Below are positions 1 to 11,379 of a stretch of DNA of 64,000 bases, one piece after another. The stretch lies in the IMG/VR virus record IMGVR_UViG_3300008262_000008; one strand, 5' to 3'. The position numbers were made by a program, and so were the translations under genes. The notes beneath the pieces were generated by a model that was not told where the DNA came from, did not search any database, and worked only from the letters and a program-made list of their open reading frames with translations. This stretch comes from a virus. Numbering within the stretch: the stretch's first letter is position 1; the number at the start of each line of letters is the position of its first letter.

Positions 1-3000
1 TTTGGTTGGAATAGTATTTCTAATATAAAATTTACTACCTTTCTTACAATTAACTTTTAACTTAATACCACCTGGGGTAGGAATAGTAGCAGTTCTAGAT
101 GCCCAAGTATTTACTGATGATGAGCAAGTTACATAGTCTGATTGTAAATTTGAATTTAATTCATTAAAGTCAAGAATAGTTGCGTTATCAACTCCAGGAA
201 TATAATCCTGTATATCAATTGAAGTATCTTGAACTGTGGATTGAGACCACGCAGAAGCACTACTGTAAATATAATTGTAGGTATAACTTACAGTAGTTAC
301 TGTAGCAGTTCCACTAGGTCCAGTAATAGTCATTCCTGGATAGATTATTGCGCTAGGTGAAGTTAATGTAAGTGTTAACACTGCTCCAACACCAAATCCC
401 GATAAACTATACGCTGACACTGCAGCTGATCCACCTGTATATGTAATAGTTTGGTTGTTGGCAAAGGATCCAGAAACAATAGTTGCAACAATATTTGCAA
501 AAGTACTGTTGTAATTACCTAATTTATTTGCTTCTCTATTTTTATCAATTTTAATTAAAATTCCTTCTTTTGGTACAATAATTCCAGAGGAAAATTGATT
601 GACTGTTGCTGTTACTTGTTGTCCAGTTAATGATGATCCAGTATATCTTGCATATGGAGAAAGTCTAAATTCATCCACATATCCATTTAGAGGTTGAGTT
701 GCTCCATTAGCAGATCCGATATAAATTGGATTTGGAGTCGATACAGTAGTTGCAGTAGATGAGTTAATAATTCTAACACCATTTAGATATACATAATAAT
801 TTAAATTTTCTTTAACTAATGCAATATGATGCCATGTATCAGATGTAAATGCGTTGGATGAAGAATTGCCTAAATTTTCGGCACTTCCTGTTCCTCTAAG
901 TTGTAAATTAATAACTCCTGTTGCACGAGTATATCTTAGAGTAATATGGTTTGTAGATCCAACATTACCACATGAGAAAAGAACTGGAGTAGTGCCTCCT
1001 GTAGATCCAGATCTGAAAAATCCCTCCAGAGTAAAATTGGTATTTGACATTAAATTGCCAATCGGCGTTGATGCTGCAGGAATTGAGAATGCATCTGTAG
1101 AACCACTTGGAATGTAAAGAGATGCAGTTCCATGCTTAAATTCTGCAGTACTAATTGTAGATGCTCCTCCGAAGGTAACACCGTTTCTCTTATTGAAACT
1201 TGAGTCTACTACAGAAGTGGAACCATTTACACCATCAAAATGATATAGTATGAAAGTATCTGAATTATAAGCACTATATCCAGATACTAAAGTATCTCCC
1301 GATGCATCTCCATGAACAGATGTTGGATAGAATGAAAATCCTTTTGTTGTAGAGCTATTAGCATTTTCCGAAGCAAATAATTTACTATTTGAAACTAAAT
1401 CTCCATCATAACTCAATTTAATTTGATATGAATATACTTCACTATCTGTAGTAACACTTGTTAAAATTTGTATTTGTCCAAAAATATCAATATTTGATGA
1501 AACATATCTTGTCTCTACTGCTGCAACATCCGTACATGAGAATGCTTTATGCCATCTTAAAGTTATAGTATCATATCCTGTATTGGGATATTCTATTTCA
1601 TTTGCATTAATAGACATTACTGCAAATTGAGATGCTCCACTGTAATTATAAGTGATGATAATATCATCAAATTCATTAATTCTAAGGGATACATCACTGA
1701 CATCACTAACACAAGTAATATCCTTTATGAAATGTAAATCAATTGCTCGTGTACTTTCATTCCAACTTGCCTTGCCATAAAGTATATTAGTTGGAGCATT
1801 TGGAGTTATAATATCCAAAACTTCTCCAGTAAAATGAATATTGTCTTTGCTATCTATAGCAATAGATGTAATTTTTTCACTATATCCACCAAGAGAAATT
1901 TTTCTTCTCTTAATAACATCTCCATCATTTCTTAAGAATACAAGATAAGCATCCTGTGGAGATACTGAATTAGTATTTGTATATCCTGCAACGAATAAAT
2001 CACCATTTTTATCTGCAGCAATTCCAGTGATTGTATCTTGCCTAATAGCACCGCTAACACCAGATATTTCTTTTTGCCAAGTTAATGTGCATACAAGACC
2101 AGTAGAATTTTCAGTGTACTTTGCAATCACAATATCTGGATTAAATTGTGTTGTAGTATTTGGTTTTGTTTGACCAACTACAAAAATTTCTTGTCCTTTA
2201 ACAATAATTTTTTGGAAATCAGCATAACGTAAACCTTGACCTGGATATGGAGATGATAAACTCTTTTGCCAAATTAAAGTGCCACTATCATTGTATTTTG
2301 CCATGATAGCAACAATATTTCCATTAGAATCTGCTGCCTTACCACAAATATAATAATATTTTTCTGAAGTTCCAAATATATCATTAATTACGACATTATT
2401 ATATTGTGTCCAGTGTTTCGCAAAGAAATAATTAGTTTTCTTGTAAATCTGTGGGTGTGAAATTATTAATCTAGGATCAAAAGTATATGAATTACCAGAA
2501 TTAATAATATTAACTTTTTCAATTACTCCTGTAGATTGCAATACTGGTTCTACAATTGCATCAGAACCATCTCCAGAAATTTCAATAGATGGAGGAATGT
2601 CAGAATTATAACCAGTACCAGGTTGTACAATGTCTAATTTTTCAATACCATCAATAACTCTCACTTTATAATCCTTTTGATTTTGGATCATAATAGGTGT
2701 AGTATCAACAAAAACAGTATCTCCAACTTGTAAATTATGTTCTAAATTAGTTGAAGTACCACCATCATTTTCAGTACAAGTAATTGTTCCGATTGGAGTA
2801 TCTCCATCAGATCCACCCAAAGCAAAAGTATATGCACTGATCGTTTTTCCTTCCACTTTAGAAATACGAGCAGAAACTCCATACCCATCAGTATCAGTTT
2901 CATCAAATACTAATTTGTCTCCTACCTTGTAATTATTTCCAGCATTTTCAATTACATAACCATCAATTTTTGCGGATTCAAATTTAGTAGTAGTATCAAT

Positions 3001-6000
3001 TTCAATATCTACTCTAGATTCTTCTCTAACTGATGGGAAATAGTCATATAAACCAATTACATCTTCTTGTCTATAAGATGGAATTGCATCAGATAATTCT
3101 GCAATAGTGTCTCCAAGAAGTGCATTTGATAAACCAAAAGTAATTCTATCACCAGGTTCTAAGATACCTATATCAGATAGATATACCCAATTAACACCTC
3201 CATCATTATAACCAGATCTTACTGTTGGTTGACTAGCACCAGAAATTGCAGTATTAGAACATCTATATAATTTACCAGTATTAAATCCGTCTCCATCCGA
3301 ATATACTATTTGCCCTGCGGTGTATTGTGTATTTGGTTCCCAACGACCTGCCTCTTTAGTATATGCATAATATCTTAAAGATATAGTATTTTCGATTGGA
3401 TCATATAAATTAACTATTGCTTTAATTTGTCTACTTAATGTAGTACCAATTGTTCTCGTTGAAGTAATTATACTATTTTCAGTAAAATTACCAACAACAT
3501 TAGCTAATTCATATGCAATATTAATAAATCCACTTTGATCACTATCTTCTACTTCAAATGTTAAAAGTTCCCCATCTTCAGTAATATAATCCCCAACAAT
3601 ACCAAATGTTGTTCTGTCTAAATCAGTATCAACATTTTCAAAAGGATCCCTAAATCTTACAACGTCTAGTGGGAGATATGCTTGAATTGAATCTGCAGAT
3701 AAATTCCAAGCATCAACTTGAGAATAATATTTTGGACCAATAACATATGGGAAAGTAGGAATACCTTGCAAATTATCTAGATTTGTAGTATCTTCTACTA
3801 TAGTTACAAAGTATGCATATGTTCCTTCTGGGAATTCTGGGGTTTTGCAAAATCTTCCGTTATATTCATCTAAGGTTCCCAAATTATAAGAGAATTCATA
3901 ATCTTGGATAAATGATCCAGCTGGATATTCCGAGAGAAGTGGTCCGTCAATTCTTTCTGGAGAAGAAGATGTTAGGCTATCTAGCAACTTGTAACTAGAT
4001 ACCATTCTTTCAATAATACTCTTATCATCTGTAGGGTCGGAATAACCATATGGTCCATAAATCGGACTACCATCATAAGCCCAACCTAAGATAGGAGAAT
4101 GTACTAAACCTTCAATTTTTTCTGCTACTTGTCCATTTCTAATTTCTAAGTTATCTCCTAAAACATATCTCAATTGTCTTGGGTCAGACAAATGAGCATA
4201 ATCTCCACCAAATTGATTATTTAATCCAGAGAACACATATCCTCTAGATGCATCTAGTTGCTTTTCAAATGCATAGTTGAATATCCATTCAAATACCTTA
4301 CATTCAAATCTTGCACCAGATCCAACAGATTTTAGAACAATTTGAGTTGATCCTTGATTATAATTAATACCTCTGTTTAAAATTTCAATATTCAGAACTT
4401 TACCAATAGAATCTCCAGAAGTCGAAATAATTGCTCTTGCCTTAGCACCAAAACCATCTCCATAAATTTCAACTTCTGGTGGAGAAGTATATCCAATACC
4501 AGCATTAATAACCGCAATAGATACAATTCTACCATTATTAACAATAGCTAATGCTTCAGCACCTCTTCCACTAGAAACTTCAATGGTTGGTGCTGCAATA
4601 TATCCTTCTCCATAATTAGTGACATTAATATTTTGAATTGGTCCCCTAACTGAAGCATATGCTGAAGCACCATCGCCACCGCCACCAGAAATACTAATAG
4701 TTGGAGTTGAAGTATAACCTTCTCCACCAAAATCAACAAGAATTTTACTTAGTTTATTGTTAGTAATAACTGCAGTAGCGGATGCACCTGATCCACCTCC
4801 TCCAACGATTGAAATTAGAGGTTGGGAAGTATATCCATCTCCAGCATTTTCAACAATAATTTCCGTAATAGAACCATTTACAACAACATCAGCAGCTGCG
4901 CCTGATCCACCACCGCCAGTAAATACAATATTTGGTGGATTTCCTGCATCATAACCACCACCATTATCCAAAATTTTAATATCACTTAGTTTACCATATT
5001 TTAATGATTCGCTGGATTTATAGTTCCAAACAGATACTCCATTAATCCAAGAACCTACTGCTCCTGGAGCAGTATCAGTCTTAACTGAAATTGTGTTCTG
5101 TGTTCTTGGGAATCTCTTTAAATATCTTTGATTACCTGGAAGAAGTGCCGTACCAACAAAGGGTCCAATCTTATAACTTGGAATTCCTGTAGAAGCTACA
5201 TAAACATAATTATCATTAAAATATACGTTTTGTACGTTGCTTGTATAAAGTTGAACAGAATTGTTAATTGAAATGTTATCGCTCTTACCTTTATTAAGAT
5301 CAATTGATACTAATAGTTTTCCAACAGGTAATGTATTAGGATCTCCACTTGCAGGTAATGTATATGTAAATGTAGTATCTGAAATAGATGTTACAGTATA
5401 TGTCCCATTATATAAAATAGGAGCTGCTCCATAAATTGTAACTTGATCACCAACTAAAAGACCATGTTTTCTAGTTGTTGTAACTTTTGCTGTTGTATAC
5501 CCAATACCTTCAGGAACAATACTAGATGCTTCAATTAGTTTTTTAACATTATATAACCATGTATTAATAAGAGTATCTGTTGTTGTTGCTCCAATTTTAG
5601 TGATATTTAATTTATCCCCAGAAAGATAATATCTTCCAGTATCAACAAGTTCAGTACTACCAGCCTCAACAATTCCATAAATTTTCAAAACTACTTCTTG
5701 TTGAGTTCCTTTATTTGCATAAACAAAGAAATTAGATTGCACAGAAGAAGCAGCTTGATGTTCATCTGCTAATCCATTTAATCCTCTGGTACATTCTAAA
5801 AATTGATTTAGTGTTTTTTCTTTATATGAAATTAATTCTCCATTGATTAGAATTTGACCATTCTTTTCGGGCCATCCAATAGTAGAATCTACAGTAATTA
5901 CACTATCTGTAGTAGTAATTTTTTCACTAAGTTTGGTAGTGTATGGAACTACAAAATTTCCAACTAAAGATTCTTTAGAAATTACAAGTTCAATGACACT

Positions 6001-8406
6001 ACTATCAACTACATTAATATTAATATAATTTTCTACTAATGCTGCAGCATATTGAACATTAGTATCGATTGGATCCTCAAGTTGTTCAATTAGAGCATCT
6101 TTTAAATTTTCTATCTGACCAGATATCAAATTTACACGAACAACAGTATCCACAGACCATGTAGCTGCAGATGGTTTAATAATCTGGTCTTTTGGATAAG
6201 AAACATCAATTTTTTCATTAAAAAGAATTCTGAAAAAATATGAAATAGAATTTTTTGTACCTTTAGAAGAATAAAACTCTTTGATAGTTTTAATAAACTG
6301 TGGTACACTAATTGTTGAAAAGTCTAATGTTGGGAAATATGGAGCAAATTCCTCAATAAATTTTTGAATAATTCTTCTATAGAATAAAGTATCTAAACTT
6401 TTTACTTCAGTACCTGCTTTATGAGTTGCTGCTAAAGATTGTTTTTCAGATTTAAATAACGCATTTCCTTTTGCATCATAATCATATATGCCACTGACGC
6501 CTCTCTTACAATTTACCAATTTTGATTTAGTGTACTCTGTACCCTTCTCAATAACTCTAAAACCTGTAATTTCATCAAAACCAATATCACAAGATGCCTT
6601 TGCAAATGGAGGCGCTGCGATTACGACAGTTGGTGGATTGAATGGATCATATCCTTCACCAAAATTAGTAATATTAATATCTGTAATTACACCATTAAAT
6701 ACTGTTGCTTCTGCGGTTGCATTTACTAAAGTTTTATCTCGTAGAGCAAATCCATTATCTCCAATTCTTGTATCTACAATATACACACTTGGAGGAACTT
6801 CATATCCAGATCCTCCACTTAATAGTTGTATTTGCGTTACTTGACCATCAGAGTTGACAATAACATCAAGTACTTGAGCACCTACAGGATCAATAATTTC
6901 AACTCTTGGTGGATTTGTATCACTATATTCTCTACCACCAGATACAACGTTTACTCCAATAACTTCGCCTTCAGTATTTAAAGTTGTGGTTAAAATTGCT
7001 TTTACTCCAGAAGAAGTTCCTGGAGCATCAACATAAACTTTTGGTGGTGTAGTATAGTTAGCACCTGAAGAACTTAAAGTTACAGATGTAATAGATCCAT
7101 TAGTAACAGTAACTGTATCAACTCTAGCTCCACCAGGATTTACAAAAGATAATCTAGGAATATTAATGTAACCACTTCCACTTTCGGTAATTAGAATATT
7201 GCTAACTTTTCCTTCATTATTTACTATTGCTTTTGCTTTTGCGGCAATTCCATTTTCAGGAGCTTCAATTACAATTTTTGGGGGGTTTGTAGATTCATAT
7301 CCTTGCCCTGGATCGAGTAAATTAATGGATTTTACTCCACCAATCAATGCCAGTGCTGTTCCACCTTTTCCTGAAGAAGATTCTATTGTAACTTTAGGTG
7401 TAAATTTAGACGTATAACCAGATCCGCCAGAAGTAACATTAATATTTTCTAGTTCACCAAAATCATTAATTACTGAAATTGCAGAAGCACCACTTCCTGT
7501 AGATTGAATTAATTGCTCACTTTCAACATAGGTCATCCAAAAATCAGCACCAGCTGCAGGAGCTTGCTTAAAGATAATAGTAGATCCTTGGATAGTAAAT
7601 CCATCCTCTTCCTGAGAATATGCAGTTAAAAGCTTTTTCCCAACAGATACGTTTGCAAAAATATCACTTACAGGAACATAAGGTTGATTATTTAATTTTA
7701 ATTCAAACAAAGTTTTGACACCATTAAATTGAGATTTAATGTCATCTATAAACACAACTTCATCTAAACTATATCCTTTCAAATAGAAAATAGAACATGT
7801 GGAAGAATCATCATTTAATTGTCTTGCTCTCGGTGCGGTTGCAAAAACAATAGTATCACCTACAACTGTAAAATCAATTCCTGGCTTCAAATATTCATTA
7901 TATACTTTTACAATTAAATGATATGCAGATGTTGGGGTAACTGTTAAACCAGAAGAAACTAAATTAAAAATTGTTGTGGTGCCATCATACAAGAAAAATG
8001 CATTAGCACATTCTTGCCACTTATTTCTATATTCAGTTAAACTTAAAGAATCTGATAGTACTACTTTTGGTGATTTTTGCACACCGCTATAATAAATGAC
8101 TTCATCATCAATTAATACACTTCCATCAGTATCAATGAATGAATCTGTACTTTGTACTACAATATCAGTAGAATTACTTGCCGCATCTTCAAGTAAAATA
8201 GAAGTATCTTGAAGTGATTGTTTAGTATAAAAATCAACATCAAAATATTCAACTAGTTGGTTGAGTATATTATATGATAGTCCCGTTTTCTCTTGAGATT
8301 TATAATAAGTCTCAAAGAATTTTTCAAACAGAGGATAATTTTCTCTGATGAAAGATGGTAACTGTGAATTGATACTAAAAGATGCTTTATTTAATTCCTT
8401 TGACAT
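1..8406 (-). CDS. gp7: Giant baseplate wedge initiator / virion structural protein (gp7-like), 3' end truncated by the window edge (at least 2802 aa)
   Basis: ATG at 8406 (MSKELNKASFSINSQLPSFIRENYP...), still in an open frame at position 1; absent from the ORF track, consistent with no stop in the window. Directly follows gp25-gp6. Contains GxGY beta repeats, a YHYH-like segment (~3.7-4.2 kb) and a LamG-like segment (~0.65-1.3 kb). Not every codon was checked. Confidence 0.8.
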   Translation of the reverse strand, partial: MSKELNKASFSINSQLPSFIRENYPLFEKFFETYYKSQEKTGLSYNILNQLVEYFDVDFYTKQSLQDTSILLEDAASNSTDIVVQSTDSFIDTDGSVLIDDEVIYYSGVQKSPKVVLSDSLSLTEYRNKWQECANAFFLYDGTTTIFNLVSSGLTVTPTSAYHLIVKVYNEYLKPGIDFTVVGDTIVFATAPRARQLNDDSSTCSIFYLKGYSLDEVVFIDDIKSQFNGVKTLFELKLNNQPYVPVSDIFANVSVGKKLLTAYSQEEDGFTIQGSTIIFKQAPAAGADFWMTYVESEQLIQSTGSGASAISVINDFGELENINVTSGGSGYTSKFTPKVTIESSSGKGGTALALIGGVKSINLLDPGQGYESTNPPKIVIEAPENGIAAKAKAIVNNEGKVSNILITESGSGYINIPRLSFVNPGGARVDTVTVTNGSITSVTLSSSGANYTTPPKVYVDAPGTSSGVKAILTTTLNTEGEVIGVNVVSGGREYSDTNPPRVEIIDPVGAQVLDVIVNSDGQVTQIQLLSGGSGYEVPPSVYIVDTRIGDNGFALRDKTLVNATAEATVFNGVITDINITNFGEGYDPFNPPTVVIAAPPFAKASCDIGFDEITGFRVIEKGTEYTKSKLVNCKRGVSGIYDYDAKGNALFKSEKQSLAATHKAGTEVKSLDTLFYRRIIQKFIEEFAPYFPTLDFSTISVPQFIKTIKEFYSSKGTKNSISYFFRILFNEKIDVSYPKDQIIKPSAATWSVDTVVRVNLISGQIENLKDALIEQLEDPIDTNVQYAAALVENYININVVDSSVIELVISKESLVGNFVVPYTTKLSEKITTTDSVITVDSTIGWPEKNGQILINGELISYKEKTLNQFLECTRGLNGLADEHQAASSVQSNFFVYANKGTQQEVVLKIYGIVEAGSTELVDTGRYYLSGDKLNITKIGATTTDTLINTWLYNVKKLIEASSIVPEGIGYTTAKVTTTRKHGLLVGDQVTIYGAAPILYNGTYTVTSISDTTFTYTLPASGDPNTLPVGKLLVSIDLNKGKSDNISINNSVQLYTSNVQNVYFNDNYVYVASTGIPSYKIGPFVGTALLPGNQRYLKRFPRTQNTISVKTDTAPGAVGSWINGVSVWNYKSSESLKYGKLSDIKILDNGGGYDAGNPPNIVFTGGGGSGAAADVVVNGSITEIIVENAGDGYTSQPLISIVGGGGSGASATAVITNNKLSKILVDFGGEGYTSTPTISISGGGGDGASAYASVRGPIQNINVTNYGEGYIAAPTIEVSSGRGAEALAIVNNGRIVSIAVINAGIGYTSPPEVEIYGDGFGAKARAIISTSGDSIGKVLNIEILNRGINYNQGSTQIVLKSVGSGARFECKVFEWIFNYAFEKQLDASRGYVFSGLNNQFGGDYAHLSDPRQLRYVLGDNLEIRNGQVAEKIEGLVHSPILGWAYDGSPIYGPYGYSDPTDDKSIIERMVSSYKLLDSLTSSSPERIDGPLLSEYPAGSFIQDYEFSYNLGTLDEYNGRFCKTPEFPEGTYAYFVTIVEDTTNLDNLQGIPTFPYVIGPKYYSQVDAWNLSADSIQAYLPLDVVRFRDPFENVDTDLDRTTFGIVGDYITEDGELLTFEVEDSDQSGFINIAYELANVVGNFTENSIITSTRTIGTTLSRQIKAIVNLYDPIENTISLRYYAYTKEAGRWEPNTQYTAGQIVYSDGDGFNTGKLYRCSNTAISGASQPTVRSGYNDGGVNWVYLSDIGILEPGDRITFGLSNALLGDTIAELSDAIPSYRQEDVIGLYDYFPSVREESRVDIEIDTTTKFESAKIDGYVIENAGNNYKVGDKLVFDETDTDGYGVSARISKVEGKTISAYTFALGGSDGDTPIGTITCTENDGGTSTNLEHNLQVGDTVFVDTTPIMIQNQKDYKVRVIDGIEKLDIVQPGTGYNSDIPPSIEISGDGSDAIVEPVLQSTGVIEKVNIINSGNSYTFDPRLIISHPQIYKKTNYFFAKHWTQYNNVVINDIFGTSEKYYYICGKAADSNGNIVAIMAKYNDSGTLIWQKSLSSPYPGQGLRYADFQKIIVKGQEIFVVGQTKPNTTTQFNPDIVIAKYTENSTGLVCTLTWQKEISGVSGAIRQDTITGIAADKNGDLFVAGYTNTNSVSPQDAYLVFLRNDGDVIKRRKISLGGYSEKITSIAIDSKDNIHFTGEVLDIITPNAPTNILYGKASWNESTRAIDLHFIKDITCVSDVSDVSLRINEFDDIIITYNYSGASQFAVMSINANEIEYPNTGYDTITLRWHKAFSCTDVAAVETRYVSSNIDIFGQIQILTSVTTDSEVYSYQIKLSYDGDLVSNSKLFASENANSSTTKGFSFYPTSVHGDASGDTLVSGYSAYNSDTFILYHFDGVNGSTSVVDSSFNKRNGVTFGGASTISTAEFKHGTASLYIPSGSTDAFSIPAASTPIGNLMSNTNFTLEGFFRSGSTGGTTPVLFSCGNVGSTNHITLRYTRATGVINLQLRGTGSAENLGNSSSNAFTSDTWHHIALVKENLNYYVYLNGVRIINSSTATTVSTPNPIYIGSANGATQPLNGYVDEFRLSPYARYTGSSLTGQQVTATVNQFSSGIIVPKEGILIKIDKNREANKLGNYNSTFANIVATIVSGSFANNQTITYTGGSAAVSAYSLSGFGVGAVLTLTLTSPSAIIYPGMTITGPSGTATVTTVSYTYNYIYSSASAWSQSTVQDTSIDIQDYIPGVDNATILDFNELNSNLQSDYVTCSSSVNTWASRTATIPTPGGIKLKVNCKKGSKFYIRNTIPTK

Positions 8407-8418
8407 TTCTTCCCCTTA

Positions 8419-10434
8419 TTAGAAGCAAGTACTATCTGATGTAAGCGTTGGCACTGTGACCGTTAAATCAACCGTATTAGTAATTGGTGCAACTTCAGCA
8501 ATGATATTAGGATCTAAGAATGAGAAATCAAGATTGACACCAACTGGAGATACATTCACATCTGGATATGTAATATTTAATACGGTTCCTGGGTCAGGAG
8601 TTAAAATAGTACCAATATTTGATGGTATTGCTGTGACAGTAATTGTCCCATTAGATACTACATTTATTGGTGCTTTCGTTATATTTATAGATCCAAAACA
8701 CATCTTTCCTGTTGAATAATCGACAAATCCTGCCTTCTTATTAGTGTATACTTTTTTTGCATTTTCTAAGTAATATACTCTAAGATTCCCATAACCATCA
8801 TCCTCAAAATATTGAGGAGTAGTTGGTAGATCTTTAGTATAAAATACAGAACTTCTTACTACGCTTGGCAAAACTGCTGAACAAGTTGGATCTAAAGTAC
8901 CCAACAAATTATCAACACTATCACCAAGGATACCGCCAAGTCCAGCATTTACTTGATAAAAAGGATTTCCAAAATTTAAACAATAAGTTTCAATCTGATC
9001 GAAGTTTGGAGAAAATCTTCTTGATATTGATAATTGAGCTTGCGTTGATTCGAATGCTTTATTGGAGTCATCAATTGACTTTATTAACTTAGATAATTGA
9101 AAATTATTATTGAATTGATTTAGTCCTTCCTGTTTAGCAAATTCTTTAATGATATCATTGATATTAGTTTCTAAATCACTTTCAGATAAATTAGTTTTAT
9201 ATGATTGATAATAAGTTAATGATCTTAAGTTTATGTACATTACATCTGCATCCAATACTTCAATATCAATAGATGCCATTGAATAGTTTCTTAAATCTTT
9301 AACAATTGTTTTCTTAGTTAAATTGTTTAGTTTCGTTCCTGTTTTAGTACGAATGACAAGATAAACTTTTCCATATACAGGTGGAGAAACAGTTTCTCCA
9401 CCATATGCAACCACTGATTCAATATTTGCATATACTTTTCTTGCAAGAGTTTCATAATCTGTTGCTGTAACTGCTCTATACTGTGTAGAATAATATCTTG
9501 GTGCTATGAATTTGATGGATTCTAATGTTTCTTCATCACTACCAAACTGTGATTTATCATTTGTTGTTAGTATACAACTTGATAGAGATATTACCCTATC
9601 AAAAGAATCCAAGACTTTTCCTAAAAATACAAACTCAACAATATCATTTGCTGGAGCTCCATTTGTTTTAATATATTGCAATTCAACAAGTTCATTATTT
9701 GATAGTTCTCTCCCCACAATACCATCACCAAAAATAATTTCATATCTCTTATCTTCTGTTTCTTGTAAGAAATAATTTCTTGATGATGCATCAATTTCAG
9801 TAATATTTTCAGCAAGAGTGTAAAGATCTACTTGTTGTGATTGTTTATTCGCTCTTATCTGAACTCTAAGCGTAGAGGTATCAACTTTATCATTTGGGAT
9901 AATGTATTTTTGATCTTGATTTTTGTTTACAAGGTAATTAAAAGTTAATAAAGATCCTTCATATATGATAAAAGCATTAAAAGTTGCCGTCCCATCAATA
10001 TTATTAACAGTTGTGGAGATATTATCAGGAATTACAAAAGTATATGATGTTCCATCAGTTCCAGTGCCACTAGCAACCAGACCTTTATATAAAGTTATAA
10101 ATGTTGGAAATTCTCCATTATTCCCCTTTTCAGTCTGAACTACTAACTTAACACAAGCTTTTGCTGCAACAATTGATCTTGGAGTATAATTTAGTAGTTT
10201 TGCAAGACTTACTACATTATCTCTGATTGTTGAACTACTTAAAAATAGTTCATTTACACTCATATTTGCATTAAATGCAGTATAATAAGTGTTATATGCT
10301 AACATGTCTAGCATATATGACAATGTAGAACCAGTAAAATCGTAATCTGTGAACTCTTCTTTGGTTCTCAGATAAGATTTTATGGATTCTCTAATCTCAA
10401 AAAAGTCTAAGGCAGTAAGATTTGAAGGAAGCAT
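8419..10434 (-). CDS. gp6: Baseplate wedge subunit gp6
   Basis: 671 aa; N-terminal LTALDFFEIRESIK...DYDFTGSTLSYMLDMLAYNTYY...ELFLSSS and RAVTATDY motifs typical of T4 gp6. Confidence 0.95.
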   Translation of the reverse strand: MLPSNLTALDFFEIRESIKSYLRTKEEFTDYDFTGSTLSYMLDMLAYNTYYTAFNANMSVNELFLSSSTIRDNVVSLAKLLNYTPRSIVAAKACVKLVVQTEKGNNGEFPTFITLYKGLVASGTGTDGTSYTFVIPDNISTTVNNIDGTATFNAFIIYEGSLLTFNYLVNKNQDQKYIIPNDKVDTSTLRVQIRANKQSQQVDLYTLAENITEIDASSRNYFLQETEDKRYEIIFGDGIVGRELSNNELVELQYIKTNGAPANDIVEFVFLGKVLDSFDRVISLSSCILTTNDKSQFGSDEETLESIKFIAPRYYSTQYRAVTATDYETLARKVYANIESVVAYGGETVSPPVYGKVYLVIRTKTGTKLNNLTKKTIVKDLRNYSMASIDIEVLDADVMYINLRSLTYYQSYKTNLSESDLETNINDIIKEFAKQEGLNQFNNNFQLSKLIKSIDDSNKAFESTQAQLSISRRFSPNFDQIETYCLNFGNPFYQVNAGLGGILGDSVDNLLGTLDPTCSAVLPSVVRSSVFYTKDLPTTPQYFEDDGYGNLRVYYLENAKKVYTNKKAGFVDYSTGKMCFGSINITKAPINVVSNGTITVTAIPSNIGTILTPDPGTVLNITYPDVNVSPVGVNLDFSFLDPNIIAEVAPITNTVDLTVTVPTLTSDSTCF

Positions 10435-10868
10435 TATTCAGCTCTCTTTAAAATGAAGTCTATTGATTGAACTATTGGTTGTCCTACAATTGTATAGGTT
10501 ATTTCAACGTCCAACTCATTACTATCTTCATAACCAGTAACAATCACATCAGAAATAATTATTCTCGAATCAAAATTATTAACAGTATTTATGATCTCAT
10601 CCCTAATTTCTGTGACTAAAATGGGATCTAGAGGTTCAAATAATAAATTATATACTTTACTACCAACATTAGGTTGAAATAGTTTTGTGCCAAGACCAGT
10701 TAAAACTAAATTTTTGATAGCATTTTTTATAGCTTCTTCATTTTTTAATGAAATTGCATCTTTAGTTGAGTAATTCACGCCTAAAGACATAGCAATATCT
10801 CTAAATGCTTTGCTCGTTAGAGTACCAGAAGCTGAATATCTATCAAATTTTTCTGATCTTACGGTCAT
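10434..10868 (-). CDS. gp25: Baseplate wedge subunit gp25
   Basis: 144 aa; AIKNAIKNLVLT...FQPNVGS...LLFEP...RI gp25 (GPW_gp25) pattern; directly upstream of gp6. Confidence 0.93.
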   Translation of the reverse strand: MTVRSEKFDRYSASGTLTSKAFRDIAMSLGVNYSTKDAISLKNEEAIKNAIKNLVLTGLGTKLFQPNVGSKVYNLLFEPLDPILVTEIRDEIINTVNNFDSRIIISDVIVTGYEDSNELDVEITYTIVGQPIVQSIDFILKRAE

Positions 10869-10869
10869 T

Positions 10870-11064
10870 TTATTCGTGCCATCTCTCTACGAAATCATCA
10901 AATCCATATGAACCACCGCAAGGTCTAGAATAACGGTCTTCTGGCACATTATATCTAAAAGATTTTAGGTATCTTTCGCTACCATAATCAGTTATTAGGC
11001 ATTTTGTACCTAAATCTTCATACATTATATCAAAATTACGATCTGGATTTGGGGAAATTGCCAT
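10870..11064 (-). CDS. Small conserved hypothetical protein
   Basis: ORF track gives 10870..11091; the likely start is MAISPNPDR at 11064. Confidence 0.7.
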   Translation of the reverse strand: MAISPNPDRNFDIMYEDLGTKCLITDYGSERYLKSFRYNVPEDRYSRPCGGSYGFDDFVERWHE

Positions 11065-11184
11065 TTTTGCTCCTTTCGAACTGATTTTCACCAGAACTTT
11101 TAAGGGAGGTTGCTATCTCCATCATTATTTATCACTGTTTTTGGCATGAAAAAAGGTATCTGAATTCAGATACCCTTAAAAATA

Positions 11185-11331
11185 TTAATTTCCTTGCCCA
11201 CGATAACGCTTTTTGCGTCCATTGCGTGAGGTTGCTGCCAAATTTGTATTTTTACTACGTCCCTGACTAGTAATTTTTGGTTTACCAGGAACATAATTTG
11301 TCTTAACTAGACCAATTTTTGATTTTGCCAT
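11185..11331 (-). CDS. Small, highly basic protein (48 aa, MAKSKIGLVKTNY...RKKRYRGQGN)
   Basis: Translated by hand, below the ORF-track cutoff; fills the gap between the PAAR gene and 10870. Confidence 0.75.
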   Translation of the reverse strand: MAKSKIGLVKTNYVPGKPKITSQGRSKNTNLAATSRNGRKKRYRGQGN

Positions 11332-11379
11332 ATAAAAAACCTAAAGACTATAAGATTTTACCATAAATTTTTGAAAATG

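Noticed and set aside
854-7417. Short plus-strand ORFs in the first 8 kb (854, 4757, 6488, 7199) and 4548-4739 on minus
   Set aside because: All fall within the single long minus-strand gp7 frame
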